A stretch of 64,000 nucleotides of DNA from Octopus bimaculoides (taxonomy: Eukaryota), in NCBI RefSeq assembly GCF_001194135.2, contig NC_068994.1:27329-91328 (forward strand), in the 5' to 3' direction. Shown one piece after another: positions 1 to 14,000 of the stretch; position 1 is the stretch's first letter, and every line of letters starts with the position of its first letter. A program made the position numbers and the translations under genes. The notes under the pieces were generated by a model, which had not been told where the DNA came from, made no database searches, and saw nothing but the letters and a program-made list of their open reading frames with translations.

Positions 1-352
1 CCTTCCAAGCCTGTTTCTTTTGTCTAATAGCCCTGTCTACCTCCTTGTTCCACCACCACGTTACTCTGGGTTGGGAGGGGACCTTACACCACCCACAAAT
101 CTGGTCGGTGGCTTTCAACAGGTTGTCCCGCAGAAATCTCCAATTGTCTTCCACGTTGTATGATGCTATATCCCCTTCTATTTCGTTAAATGCTTCAAGT
201 AACTTGTCTCTAAGTCTCTGTCCGTTTGCAGGGTCTTTAAGCTTCCACACCCTTCTTCTCCAAGCCTGTCTAATTCTGGGCACCCATTTTGCCTTGATCC
301 CAAAGTCGCTAACTACTAATCTATGTTGTGGGGTACATTCTTCGCCAGCTTT
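1..352 (-). mobile_element. RTE-clade LINE fragment (endonuclease end and linker)
   Basis: Minus-strand translation gives GEECTPQHRLVVSDF and RVTWWWNKEVDRAIRQKKQAWK. Confidence 0.8.
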
Positions 353-429
353 TTGTCAAAACATTATATATATATTTTTATACATTTTCTTTTCATCTTA
401 TTTATGCACTTTTGTCTGAACTGTTTTCC

Positions 430-1320
430 ATTCAATGTAAGCATCATCCTACTATTTTTACAACACACTTTTGTAATGTTCTTCATTAGTCATTTTTGAG
501 TTGCTTAAATGTAATTGAAAGTCTGAGGAGAAAATGTGGGGAGGACAGCATAAAAACACATGAATCCCACAGTATAAAATATTTAAGCTGATAGGGTTTT
601 TCTAAGGATGTAGGCAGGACTTGTCAGCACAATCTTTTGGATTTCTGTGAGATATGGGTTTCCTGAGATGTTATCCAGCCATTTCTGACATCCATTTTTA
701 TCATACCGATGGCACCTACAACAACAGGGATGGTTTTCTTTTTAAGATGCCACATCTTTTATATTTCAGTTTCTAGCTTGTATTTATTGAACTTGTCAAA
801 TTCTTACCAGTGGGGATTCAGATATTTATCAGTTTACAAGTATCTTCTTTACTGTCTTTAACAATTATGTCTTGTCAATTATCCTGGCTTGTTCTGTGAT
901 GTTGACAGGAATTTCCCAGAAAATGGTGACATTTTAGCTTGAGATGGAGTTCACATCAGTGTGATAGTGCCTACATATTTTTCAGTGTAAAGGCTACCCT
1001 ACCATATTGTGGCAGTTTTTATATTCATTTGGTGTTAGCACAGAATAGCCTGAAGCAAAGTAATATATTGTTTCACTAAATTGTGGCAGGATTATTTTGT
1101 GTAGAATGGCTTCATCATCTGCACCCATCTCCAAAATTATGAGTTGCTAGACGTTCCGACATGATCATATCCGTAAAGTTTATCCCAAACATACTTATCA
1201 CACTACCAAGTGAGAACTTGTGGAAATTACTTATAATCTTCCAATAGAGATTACTAGAATGTCGTTTTTAATGCTCTGAATTACTTCCTGGCCATTGTTG
1301 CTCAAATTCTCCACTAACCC
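430..1320 (-). mobile_element. Degenerate 3' end of an REL-endonuclease (R4/Dong/HERO-like) LINE
   Basis: Frameshifted remnants KMWHLKKKTIPVVVGAIGMIK and TIFWEIPV, resembling the element at 26-30 kb. Confidence 0.7.
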
Positions 1321-1878
1321 TCTATAGCATGCAAGGGTTAACTTTCCATCAATCCCAGTGATTGATATCCAAGATGCTAAATGACCAATCCTGGTTTGTG
1401 CATGGTTGGTTTTAAGCTCCAGTTTAGACTGGGCTTTGGTTTTTAGAAGTAAGTGTTATAACCATTTGATACTGTAAAGTTGGATGTCCACTACACTATT
1501 CCTTTAGCTATCAATCCTCTTATTCTATACAACAGCTATCATGTAGTTTCTGTCAACCCAATTGTTTCCATAAAGTTTTCGTCATCTCATGGCTATGACA
1601 AAAAAGATACCTGATTGAACGTAGTATTATATCGCTGTGAAATGAACTTCTTCATTACACAGTTAAGCCTGAAACATAATACATACCTACATGCATACAT
1701 TCCCATCAAAACTTCTACCAAGTTTAAATCTGCATCCAAGACTGTGTCATTCCATTTGCTATTGACCATATAAGAAGGTAGAATAAAATTTTGGCAAAGA
1801 ATTGGGTGCCATTTCTAGCAGATCACATGAGTACATAGACTGTCCTTTGCTGATTAGTAGTAGTAGTAGTAAAATTAC

Positions 1879-2042
1879 CTCTTGAAATGTTTTTTTGATT
1901 AATTCTTCTCTTTCCTTTGTGACATCTTTGAAAGTACTTGACACATACAGCCGAACCTCTCTTTGTTTCTTCACCTCATGGAATTTCAACTTTTGTTTCT
2001 TTGCTTTCCATTTGATATTTCTATTTTCTTCCTCTTCTGTTT
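1879..2042 (-). CDS. Exon 14: start of DUF4062-like domain (REVRLYVSSTFKDVTKEREELIK)
   Basis: R.F.SSTF.D...ER..L motif as in NPHP3/TEP1/NWD-type proteins; gtttcag acceptor, GAG|GTAATT donor. Confidence 0.88.
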
Positions 2043-5000
2043 CTGAAACACAGAGATTGGGAAATCTTCCTTTACTAGCTGGTCAAACAGTTAATAGATT
2101 AAAAATGCTCAATAGTCTTGTACTGTATCCTTGGCTACAGCGCCTGCCTTCCATGCACCCATTCCACATAGTTGTAAATAAGAATTCTGTAGAAATACAC
2201 TTTACTGCTTTACGCAACATAATGATTGCATGAGGTAAACCTTTACTTGTTAACTTGGAGCAGATATGTCATTCTGCTTACAGTAGACAACCTCAGAAAT
2301 AAACCTTAAATAAGATGAGCAAATGGGGAAACCTCTACCTAGTCACCCAAGTTGTTAGCAATAGCAGTCAGACTATCTTAAATCACAAAATGCCATCTTG
2401 GAGGGGAAGATCACATTGAACAATGTAGTCTTAGATAGAGAAAAAGACAATGTGTGACGTTTTGAATTCCTTTTATCATGGAGCTTTTCATTCAGGGTTA
2501 GCCTGAAGGCTAAACAATGACAACATTACACAACACAGATCGCTCTATTTGTTACCTCAACATCACTTTACAGTTTAGACAGGGTGCACCACTTATACAA
2601 AATACACTGCTCTTCTTTTTACCTGAATCAACCTCAGATGATATTAACCTTAATCAAATCACTCACTGTTTTATTTACTATATTGACTTTAGCTCCAGAC
2701 CTGAGACTAAACACACCGCTCTAAATACCACATCAGTCTGCATCATCTGGGAGAGCATTAGACAACACACACCATTCTACTGATCTCATCAACAACAGCT
2801 CTATATCTCTTTTGTATTTGCAATCAGTGGCTTAATACGTCTCATCACTATGACATTTAAAGAAGAAACAGAGCCTTACCTCTACATATATCCTTGACAA
2901 AGTTATCTACCATCAACTTATTATTGTCCTTCAACAGTTTAGCCAGTATTTTGTCTAGTTCTGATATCTGAAACTGACCATCAGTCAACCAGGAGCTCTT
3001 AAAAATAAAATTTAAAAAAGAGGAAATTAAAGCAAAAAACAATCAGTTCTTTTCACTGTTAAAAAACATTGTAAGAAATAATTTTAAACAATAATGACTA
3101 CCACAACATTGCTGAACCTGTCAGAAATAGCAGCCAATTCTCCTTCACATCACACCTAACTCTTTAGAAAACAAAGGATGTGTACATCAAAGAAATGGGT
3201 CTAGACATGCCATGCCCAGAAGTCAGGATGTCTGCTGCTAGAATACCTTCCATTCATAAGTCTACTTGAATGAAAATGATCTGAAGTGAATCAACAACAG
3301 CAATAGTAACAGACAAACAGTACAGAAATGACATTATCTCCAGACAGCCTCACAACATCACATATAATAAACACTATATGTCAGACAGTACAGAGTGGGC
3401 TAAATCTAGATAGAGATATATCTGTAGTTATTCATTATATATGTACTACAACCACAATCTCAAACCACCAAACAACAACACAAACCTCTTGTTCAAACAT
3501 TGCCCTACTGTCTTAAAAGAATCAATGAAAGAAGATAAATGAAATCCTGAATGTAATAGAAACAGAGATGAGATGGTCACAGCTTGAAAATATGAACAAA
3601 AACTAAGCAGGATCCAAATGCACATTGATTTTAACCAGTTCTTTCCAAAAACTTCTAAAAAAAAAGCAACAGAAAAATGCAAAAGCCTCAGAGTCAAACA
3701 AAATGGCTAGCATATTCCCAAAACACATAGAACCTGAGAGAATCGGTGCAGCACACATGTACAACTATTGTACCAACACTGTAAAATTTTCAGAATTTGG
3801 GTGCTGAGCAACAATCATAACAATACTAAAGCCCAACAAACATACAAATAAAGTTGTACCTTTCAATTCTCACCATAAAATGTTATTAATTTAACGCCCC
3901 CCCCCCCCGGGGTTCTAAATTGCAACATTGATTCAAGCTGCTATACTCAGTTACCACATTACTCACGTTCCTAACAAAGGAAATACATGATAGTTTCAAC
4001 AACAACAACAAAAAAGCTTTCCCATCTGGACCATTCTATCATCATCATCAGAAAAGTGTTTAGTTCTATTTCTCACTTCTCACCCATATAACATATATAC
4101 AACATCATTATAAGAAACAACTCGCAACACATTGGCTAGCAAACTACTTGTCAGATTGCAAAAGGAATAAAATGCACAAGAACACTTCCAGACTTCAATA
4201 CCGAAAGAGATAGCTACAGCGATCTGGCCACTCACCTATATTATTTCAACCTGTGTTGTATCCTCTGTCTCCAAATGTTGTACTGTCATGATATTGTGAT
4301 GGATGGTTTAGATCCATTGTACCAGTGTTATAACAGTGAACAAGAGAACAATGCAGCTGTAATAACAACATAACGATCCAACAATCAATATTCCAAATGA
4401 ACGAACCAGCCGATACCTTTTCACTTCACTATGAACTCAACTTCAATTAACACACTTCATTCCGAGCACTACTTTTGCCATTTCAGTGGTAGCTTGTCTG
4501 GCCTGGAACTGTGAAAGCCTGGCAATCTAGAGTCAATGAAATCTTGGAAGGCTTGTTTTACGGCATCGTCTAAACTAAATTTTTATCCTATCAAAAAGTT
4601 ATCCAAATTCTGGAAGAAGAGGTAGTCAGTAAGGGCAAGATCAGATGAGTACGGTGGATGATGGAGAACTTCCAATTCCAACTCCTGTAGTTTCGCCAAT
4701 GTCATTTTTGCATTGGATGATCTGGCGTTGTCTTGCAATGAAATAGGAGTGGATCTGTTGACTAATCTAGGCTTGTTTTTTGTAAGTTTCTGCATCATTT
4801 GGTCCAGTTGGCTGCAGTACACTTCAGCCTTGATTGATGAGCCAGGTTTAATGAAATCATAATGGATCACACCTGCACCAGACCACCAAACACTGACCAT
4901 CAGATTCTTTTGATGAATTTTGCTTTTTGGACTGTATTTTGGTGGCTCGTCTTTGTGCAACAATTGTAATGAACGTTTACGGTTGTTGTATTGGATCCAT

Positions 5001-8000
5001 TTCTCATCACGTTATAATTCGATTCAAAAATGATTCAGTTTTGTAACAAGAAAGTAGCTTAATGCAGGCTTCCAAACGTTGCTGTTTCTGATTTTCATTG
5101 AGTTCATGTCGAACCCACTTATCCAACTTTTTCACTTTACTGAGATGAAGTAGGTGAGTCAATATTGTTTGCTTGCTAACACTAAACAACAACGATAATT
5201 CACGGGCATTTTGAGATCTGACTGAACGGTGGCTTCCAGTTTGCCCACCTTTGTTTCTGGTTGACTGCATTGCTCATTTGTGAGGTCAAAGTTACCAGAA
5301 CAGAATTTTGCAGATCAATTTGATACTGTCTGCTGTGTAATAACATTAGAATGAAATACTCTATTAATATTCCAAGCTGTCTGTGATGTTTTATTCCCCA
5401 AAAAAAACTCCTATTTCAAAACTGCACAAATTTCTGACTTATCCATCTCTAAACAAAAATAGTAAAAAACAATTTACAAATACTTTATAAAGTGCAAAAT
5501 GAGTTAGAATAAAGAAATAGATGTATCAGCTTTCTAACAAAAAATAAAGATTGTCAAAATATAATAATGGTGCAAAATGAGCAACTGTCAAAGTTTACCA
5601 TATACCTTACAACAAATTTCATACTTGATGACCTAATAATCAATATGTCCTCCAGGTATGGAATTGTGAATTGACAGTTTGCCAACATTGCATCCATAAC
5701 TCGTTGAAATATTGCAGGTGTGACCTTCAAACCAAAATATTTGTACAATCTTGTGTGTGTATTTACTGTTAGAAGCTTTGAGCATTCATCGTCATTCTTT
5801 ATTTGCAGATATGCCTTAGACGAATCCAATTTCGAGAATATTTTGCCACCATTTAATTTTGCAGAAATATCCTCTCGAGAAGGAAGTGGATAATGACTTG
5901 GCTTTAAACCATAATTTAGACCCAGAGAAAAGTAGTCAGCACACAGCCTAATTTCTTTCTTTCTTTTTTATACATGCAGTAGGTGTTGTCCATTTAGAGT
6001 AATTCACTTTTTTGATAATTTTATATTTTCTCAGTCTGTCTATCTCTTCATCTATGTTTTTTATTTGCAGCAAATGGTGCTTTTCTATTGGATTTGCATA
6101 TTGGCACATTTTCCTTTAACTGAAAACATGCTTCAGTCTTTTTACATGGACCTAACTCATCCAACTGTATTTCAGGGAACTTTTTTTTTTTTTAAATTTT
6201 CTCTTCAATTTCTCAGACATTTAATTTTCGAAGGGAAAACCAATTATGTTTTTGCCGTAAACAATTATGAGGAGATCGTATAAATCAAATAATTCCCGCC
6301 ACTCGGTACCAAACTGATTGGTTGTATTCTTTATGGTGAAAACTTTCGCCTTGCAAGTTTTTCTTTGAAATGTGACATCATTCCTCATTTCACCTACAAA
6401 ATGTAGTTTGTCGCCTGTCACGCCACATATTTTTCACTGTTTTTCTTAACATAGGTTTCCCTATTTTCTTTTACGTGGCGGTGTTAATGATTGAAATGTC
6501 ACTACCAGTGTCCAGTTATAATTTAATATTTATTCCATTTACTTTTATGTATACAAATTTCCTTATTTGGGAATTGGTTTTACTTTCTGCTGAGAGCACT
6601 TCAGAATTTTTTACATTTGACCTTTGTAATTTTGATCTGCAGTGTGAACACATACGTCCAAATTTTTGACAACTGTAACATTTTTGGTTTTTAAAAAGGA
6701 CAATCTTTTCTGAAATGTAGGCCTCCACATCCGTAACATAGATTAGGACCTAGTAATCTTCTTTGGTGATATTTTCTCGGTTGACATATCTGTATTTTTA
6801 CGAAATCCTTTTCTTGAATTTTTCTTACGTCATGTTTCAGGTTTGTCATCCTTTCACTCTTCTGCAACAGTCTGCAGGGTTGAATCTTGGATTGTTTATT
6901 CAAGTTTTGATTAAAAGAATTCTTGCCTGTATTTCTGTATCTTCATTTCCTGTTAGACCTTGTACAAAAATGAGGCATTTAAACATCTCAGTAGTAAGTT
7001 CTTTCAGTTTAAAACTTTCACATGTTCGGTTGACTATTCCTGCATCTATATATATATAAAAATGAGAATGTGTGTCTGTCTGTCTGTCTGNNNNNNNNNN
7101 NNNNNNNNNNNNNNNNNNNNNNNNNNNNNNNNNNNNNNNNNNNNNNNNNNNNNNNNNNNNNNNNNNNNNNNNNNNNNNNNNNNNNNNNNNTTTTTTTTTT
7201 TTTTAGTTAAATTCCAACATTGCATTCAAGTGTTAAATACAGAAGTTTCATCACCAAACATGTTAGACAGCAATTTGATTGTATCCTTAAAATAAATTTC
7301 ACAAAACTTTTTGAGCAATATGAAATTACAGTATCTTTCATGCTCAGATAGAGCTAATCTACATAATAATAACCTTACATTTTCTTCATTCAACCATGCC
7401 TTGCAATCTTCCTTACAAATCTCTTTGTACCTTCTGTAGTATGCTGCAAAAGTTATACTTTACTCTGGGTTATAACTGAATTCTGTTATGGAGTTTGATA
7501 TGCCATCAGGCGAAAACAAACTTACAGCATTTTCAGACTTCTTTGCATATATCTCTAATAATTGTTGTTATTGTAATTGCTGCTGTACTAGTTGCTGTTC
7601 TTGTTGCTTTTGCAACTATATTTTAGAAGCTAATAGGTCTTCCATCATTTGACAAGTTGTATCATGAACAAATTGTTAAATAACCTACGGGAGATTTGAA
7701 ACCCTCATCGCCAGATGTTATATCCTCTGTCTCCAAGGTCATAGTACCACCACTATATTGTGATGAATAGTTTAGATACACTGTACCAGAGTTATAACAG
7801 TAAACAAGATAACGGTGCACCCATAATAACAATGTGACGATCCAACAATCTCTTCACAAACCAACAAGCAATATTCCAAATGAACCAACCAGCTGACCCT
7901 TCTGACCTCACTGCAAACTCAACTTGAACTAACACAACAAACTTCACCCTGACTGCTACTATTGATAATCACTTGGTCCAGTCTATTTCTCACAAGGGGG

Positions 8001-11000
8001 CGTTGTGACTCTCATCACAACAACCTGTATCAACAATCTTCCACAAAACACACAGACATTGTAATATGCAGATTATAAAGCACTTGCATTTTCTGAATGT
8101 AATGGCACAATTGCATAATTATGGATCTGAAGACAAGTTGAACAGGGATGAAGGACTACATTGTTGAGATTAATGAACGAATTTGACTAAGATGAGAGGA
8201 TGTCTTTTGTTAGTTCTGGTGTATTCAGCTTCAAACTGTTGTACACCATCATCAGTAACTCTTTGTTACATCTCCCGATTTGCAGTAAGTCCTTCAAGAT
8301 CTTCAGCAGGAGTGCTATAGGCAACTTGTCTTTCTAATACTTCCGAAGACTACTACATTTACAAAAGCCTTCTATTAGCTCACTAATACCACTTCATGAT
8401 CATTGCTTCATCCTGATGAGATGAACATGCCTGGAAACTTAAATTTGCTTTTCCAAAGGATCTCAAAGGCTTCCAATGAAATGATTTGCTCTCTGTAAAG
8501 TGTCTACTTACCACATTCGTATAACGGAGTCATCAACTATTTGCCATCATCTCAAATAATACCTACTTTTATACAAATGATACACCTTTCACTCTTTCAT
8601 AGTTTTCTGTCCCCAAGTATCATCTTCATGAAATGTAGACACTTCACACTAAATCTGTACTGCTTTCGTGAACAAAGATCTCAGAAAATTCTCTAATGGG
8701 GTCATGTCAATCTGGTTTTCTTCAGTATTACAGAAATATAATCACTAGATACATCAAGCACACAATCTCGTAGTCCATATTAACATTAAAAAGCATGCAA
8801 CTAGAAGAGTCAATCATAAGAAAGGTCCGCACCAGGTTTATATCGTCGTAGACATCATTGTCAGCTGGACGAGACTCGCGTTTCACTCTGACCATAGCAG
8901 CAGACATAAGTGTGCCATAGTGACCATCCCAGTATTTATCATCTTTGCCTGAAATAAAAAAGAGGAGAGAAAAGCAAAGAAATGTGTTCATCACCATCAT
9001 CATCATGCTTTCCATGCTGACATGGGTTGGACGGTTTGACAGGAGTGGGCCAGTTGAAGAGATGTCCAGACTCCAATTGTCAGTTGTGGCATGATTTCCA
9101 CAACTGGATGCCTTTCCTTATCCTAAACGGTTTACAGAATGTGTTGGGTGCTTTTTACATTCCACCAGCGTGGGTGCATTTATGCAACACCAGCATGAGT
9201 GCATTTTATGTGATATGGGCACCTGTAAAAGAGAAGCCTGTATGTATGGGTGACAACAATTTTACTTAGCTTGAAACACATTTTCTCATGTACAGCAAAT
9301 CACCACAACTCCCAAACCCTTGTCATTTTCTCAATGAGGCCCAGTGTTTGAAGATCCTTTCTCAACATTTTGTCCTACATTTTCATGGGTCTGCCCCTTC
9401 CACAGGTTCCCTCCACAATTAGAACTTTGCACTTCTTTATGCAGCTGTCTTCATCCATATGCATCACATGACCAAACCAATGCAGTCTTCTCTCTTGCAC
9501 TCAATATCTGATGCCTCTTATACCCAGTTTTCCTCTTAAATCATTTACACTGTTGTGTGCGCACACTGACATTACGCATCCAACAGATCATGCTAGTTTC
9601 TTTTATTTTAAGCCTTTGCAAGTCCTCTGTAGTCAAAGCCCATATTTTACTACCATATAGCATAGCTCTAGATAAGCAGGCATCATAAAATCTGCCTTTC
9701 ACTCTGAGGGAGAGGCCCTGTGTTACCAACAAAGGTAGGAGCTTTTTGAACTTCATCCAGTCCATTTTTATTCTAGCAGCTATGAGCAGGGCCATCTATC
9801 TGAGAAGAATTGTGACTTATCTGTTTTCATGCTTACTAGGACTTTGTTTTTTGATAAATTAACTCTAAAGTCCTTAGGTTCTAGGCCTTGGTTCCACACC
9901 TGAAATTTCTTCTCTAGGTCAGGTAATGATTCAGCTATAAGAACAAGGTCATCAGGATAGAGGAGCCCTCAGGGGCAGCCAGTCTTGAATTCCTCTGTTA
10001 CGGTCTGGAGGACTAAGATAAGCAGGAGGGGGCTTGCTATACTCATTGCCAACCTTCACCTTACTGACAACATCCCTTTACATGGCTTGTACAGCTCTCA
10101 CTAACCACTCATCTGTCCCTAGCTTCTGCATTGACCACCAGTTAAGGGAGTGGGCACCCTGTCAAAAGTTTTCTCCATTCCAGCAAAAACCAAGTACAGA
10201 GGCTTATTTTAGTTTAACTACTTCTCCTGCAGTTGCCTTACCAGGAATATAGCATCAGTCATGTTTCTGTCTAGCACAAATCCAAACTGCATCTCACCTA
10301 CACTAACTCTCTTTCTTTCCAGTTGTACCATTGTCACATACAATATGGTTTCTAGAAGATTTGGCTTCTATTTCTGGCAGATTTAGCAATCACGTATAGG
10401 TTACCATATTAAATCATTGTAATAGTCATTGGGCTAATTATACTGTATTATTCCACACTGTATTATTCTTTCTAATTAGCTTTCAATAATCTCTGAAAGA
10501 TATCTATTTTAACTATTGTTTTTCATGCAGATAGCACCCCTGAGTAATTAATAGATAAGTATTTAATGCTTCCTTGGCTAACATATCTTAACACTAACTT
10601 AAATATCACATTGAGGTGTGTCAGAGAAAGAGAAATTTTAAATGTTTGTCTCTTACCATATGATTCAATTGCAACACCTCGAACCCCAGGGCCATAGTTT
10701 GAAAATGTGACGCTTACTTCCTGCCACTCATTGTTTTTGTAAATTTTTCCAATTTCTCCAGTTGTGAATTGTTTCATGATCTGAAAATATTGAAATATTT
10801 GACCTCAAAATTACAGGCACAGAATAGTAAGCCTAAAGTTAGATTGCCCCAATAAGGAAGCCATTATGTAGTCACCCTCAAATAATATCTTAATAAAAAA
10901 GAAATGTTGTTAAATAATGATATTCTAAATTCACTCTGTCTGAATAATGCAAGAGATGGTCAAGGTTGAGCCTTTCATAAACGGTTTCTAAAGCAAGGTT

Positions 11001-14000
11001 GATCTGTATTTGAATAACAGCAGCAACAACTAGAAAGGAAATCCTAATGTGAGCCCAGAAGCATTGCATGAATAAAAGGTGTCGAGTTACAATTTAATTC
11101 TTAAAAAGGGAAAAGAAGAGAGAGAACAATTCGAAAAGGTTAACTTGTTGGTTATACCTAAGGATATTGACCAGTTTAGAAACACAGATATACAAAATTT
11201 CAATAAAGTTTTGTTTAATCAGTCAATTTAACATGCTTATGGGTTGCTCTTGAGTACATGTTGATAATAAACAAGAAGATTTTAAAAAAAGAACGAACCG
11301 TTCCATTTTCATCCATTAAAGAAGCCGTCATGGAATAGAATCCTCCACCACACACTCCCTCTCGGTACCACTCAGAGACCTGTTGTTAGGGATAATAACA
11401 GTGTAAATTATTTACAGAGACACAGGATCTTAAATTAAAATCTCATGTAAAAACATGGAATTCCATCCTATGAACTAAAAGATTGGGGCTTTTTTTTGTT
11501 GTCCAAGGGGTGGATTGTTAGGATCATTAAGGAATTGGGCAATTCCTTAGTTAGTTAAGGTTTTATCATATTAGATATTCATATCAGGCTTTCTGTTCAA
11601 GTTGATGTTTCAAGGCAACAATTATTACAACCTCCTTTCTCTCTCCAGTGATTGTATACAAAATAAAAATTTGAGCTTGTGATATTGTTTTTATTTTGTA
11701 GTTAATAATTGTTTCAATTCCAAGAGGATTGCATATTATTTGTAAACTTGTACCTTATTGACGATCTAGTCATATACACTGTACAGTCTATCTCCATGGA
11801 AATTTGTTTCCAATACATTGTTTTTAAGAAACATTCTAAAAAAATAATTTCATGGATGCTGTCAAGATAAACTGCACAACATATAAAACTTGATCATTAA
11901 TTACATACACTAGTGTGTTGGCACTCCATTGCTTACGACATCGAGGGTTCCAGTTGATCCGAGCAACAGAACAGCCTGCTCGTGAAATTAACGTGCAAGT
12001 GGCTGAGCACTCCACAGACACGTGTACCCTTAACGTAGTTCTCGGGAATATTCAGCGTGGCACAGTGTGACAAGGCTGACCCTTTGAATTACAGGCACAA
12101 CAGAAACAGGAAGTAAGAGTGAGAGAAAGTTGTGGTGAAAGAGTACAGCAGGGTTCACCACCATCCCCTGCCGGAGCCTCGTGGAGCTTTAGGTGTTTTC
12201 GCTCAATAAACATTCACGACACCCAGTCTGGGAATCGAAACCGCGATCCTATGACCACGAGTCCGCTGCCCTAACCACTGGGCCATTGCGCCTCCACAAT
12301 TACATACAAGACTATAAACATCATGCAAGATTAATCACCACAGAATTGTTGAAACAATTGTAAACTATGAAATACGAAATAATACTGCAAACTTCAATCT
12401 CCAATTTTTGTTTCTTATACTCTGTAATATGTGGATTTTCTGTTTATTTGGAACTATGGTTTTATAAAGGGATTTCTCCTTTGCAATTTCCAGATAGCCA
12501 CTTTCAGTAGAAATGCTTCCCAAGGGAAATGCCTGGATTATCTTATCACAGCTGACATAAAGTACCAGACAAACTGCTGGACTTGACAAGTGATCAAATT
12601 CTTTTTAAGATGGTACCCAATATGGCCATGACTGACAGCTAAAAGAATCCAAGATAAATAAAAGAGAGAAAAAAACAATGAGGAGACATGTTGAAACATT
12701 TACCTGGATGTCAGGTGATGTATCTAAATAGTCAACACAGAAGAATTCAGTGAGGTCTACTTCCTGTTGTTTGGTACATCTCATGTGGGACGTAATGAAA
12801 GCCTTTTTCATGCCATGACCACTTTCATCTATTGTCCAGTCACCATAGGCATTCCAGTGTACCATACTGTTTTGCTGGCAATATAACACTTACAGGATAA
12901 CCAAAATTTTGCCACAGTGTAGATCACATAATTAAGCACAGAATAATCAAAATTTTATTTCAGGCTAAATAAAATGGCAACCACTGGTTAAACCACATAG
13001 ATTGTCCCCTATTGGTTCCCATCAGTTTTATAATAGAGCATTATTACCTTTAGTTAAGAAATAAAGGTTACTGTTTTGCATCCAGTCTAGTACTATGCAC
13101 ATATCCCAAAATAAGCATAAACCACCACTTGATAACTACAGAGTTAGACAATGATTAAATACTGCTTTATCTCTAGATAACCAGCAGTTTTACTTAAAAA
13201 ATGCAAATGGTGGAGAAAGGACTACAAAACAAAAGAGGTCACATATTCAGCATAGTGTCAGGCAAGCACTCTGAACTTGTTTAACCCACGATATTCAGGA
13301 TTGTTCTAAAAACTGAGGAAGCTGATGATGTAAAAGAAAATGGAAAGAATAGGAGATAGAGTCTTTAACTTGTTTGCATATTAATGACTGTTAAAATTAG
13401 GTCTTATATAGCATATTTTTTATTAAAAAAATGGAGACAGCAGAGCTTGATGGTTCATCTTGTCTCACATACTACTCACCAAAACTGAAAAGAGGCACCA
13501 CTGACAACTAACTGAGACATTTTTGCTCACTGTTACCTTTGCTATTTTTTTTTTTTTTTTCATATCTTTGTCATTTACTTTGTAAACTAGCCATGGAGAA
13601 CTGCTTGATTTGTAATAACCAAACTCAATTTTTCTTGTCTGCATAAATGTGATTTCCTATGGCAAGCTACTTGTATTTCTTTAATACACACACATAAACA
13701 TTGATTTTGCAACTGAGTAGCAAATGAACTTTTTTCTGTGATTCATAAACAGACAATTTGATATTAATTACATATTTTTTGTTAAAGTATGTAAATTTAT
13801 CCTGCAGATATCATGTCCAAGTATTACAAGTCAGTGAATGAACAAATTGCCAAATATATTTCATACCACTTTGACAGTCATTCATTGTAAAAATACATTT
13901 TATAATGTCAATAAGTGTGTATACAATTACAAAAGAATTCGTCATCGGTTAGTCCACAAATGCCTTTGAGGGGCCTCATGCACTCTTCCCCTTTACACTT

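Larger units (their letters stand above)
4254..8022 (-). mobile_element. Ty3/Gypsy LTR retrotransposon, decayed and internally deleted
   Basis: TG..CA termini; 5-bp TSD ACCTG at 4249-4253 and 8023-8027; PBS TGGCGATGAGG after the 5' LTR; gag (FAAYYRRY, CYGCGGLHFRKDC), protease LDTG, RT (KAYLQI...PAIFQRVMD...YLEDILI). Confidence 0.9.

Noticed and set aside
3247-3280. 34-nt candidate minus-strand exon with good splice sites (HFHSSRLMNG)
   Set aside because: It is phase 1 to 2, while the flanking exons already join in phase 0; using it would need a further unseen exon and a non-preferred acceptor.
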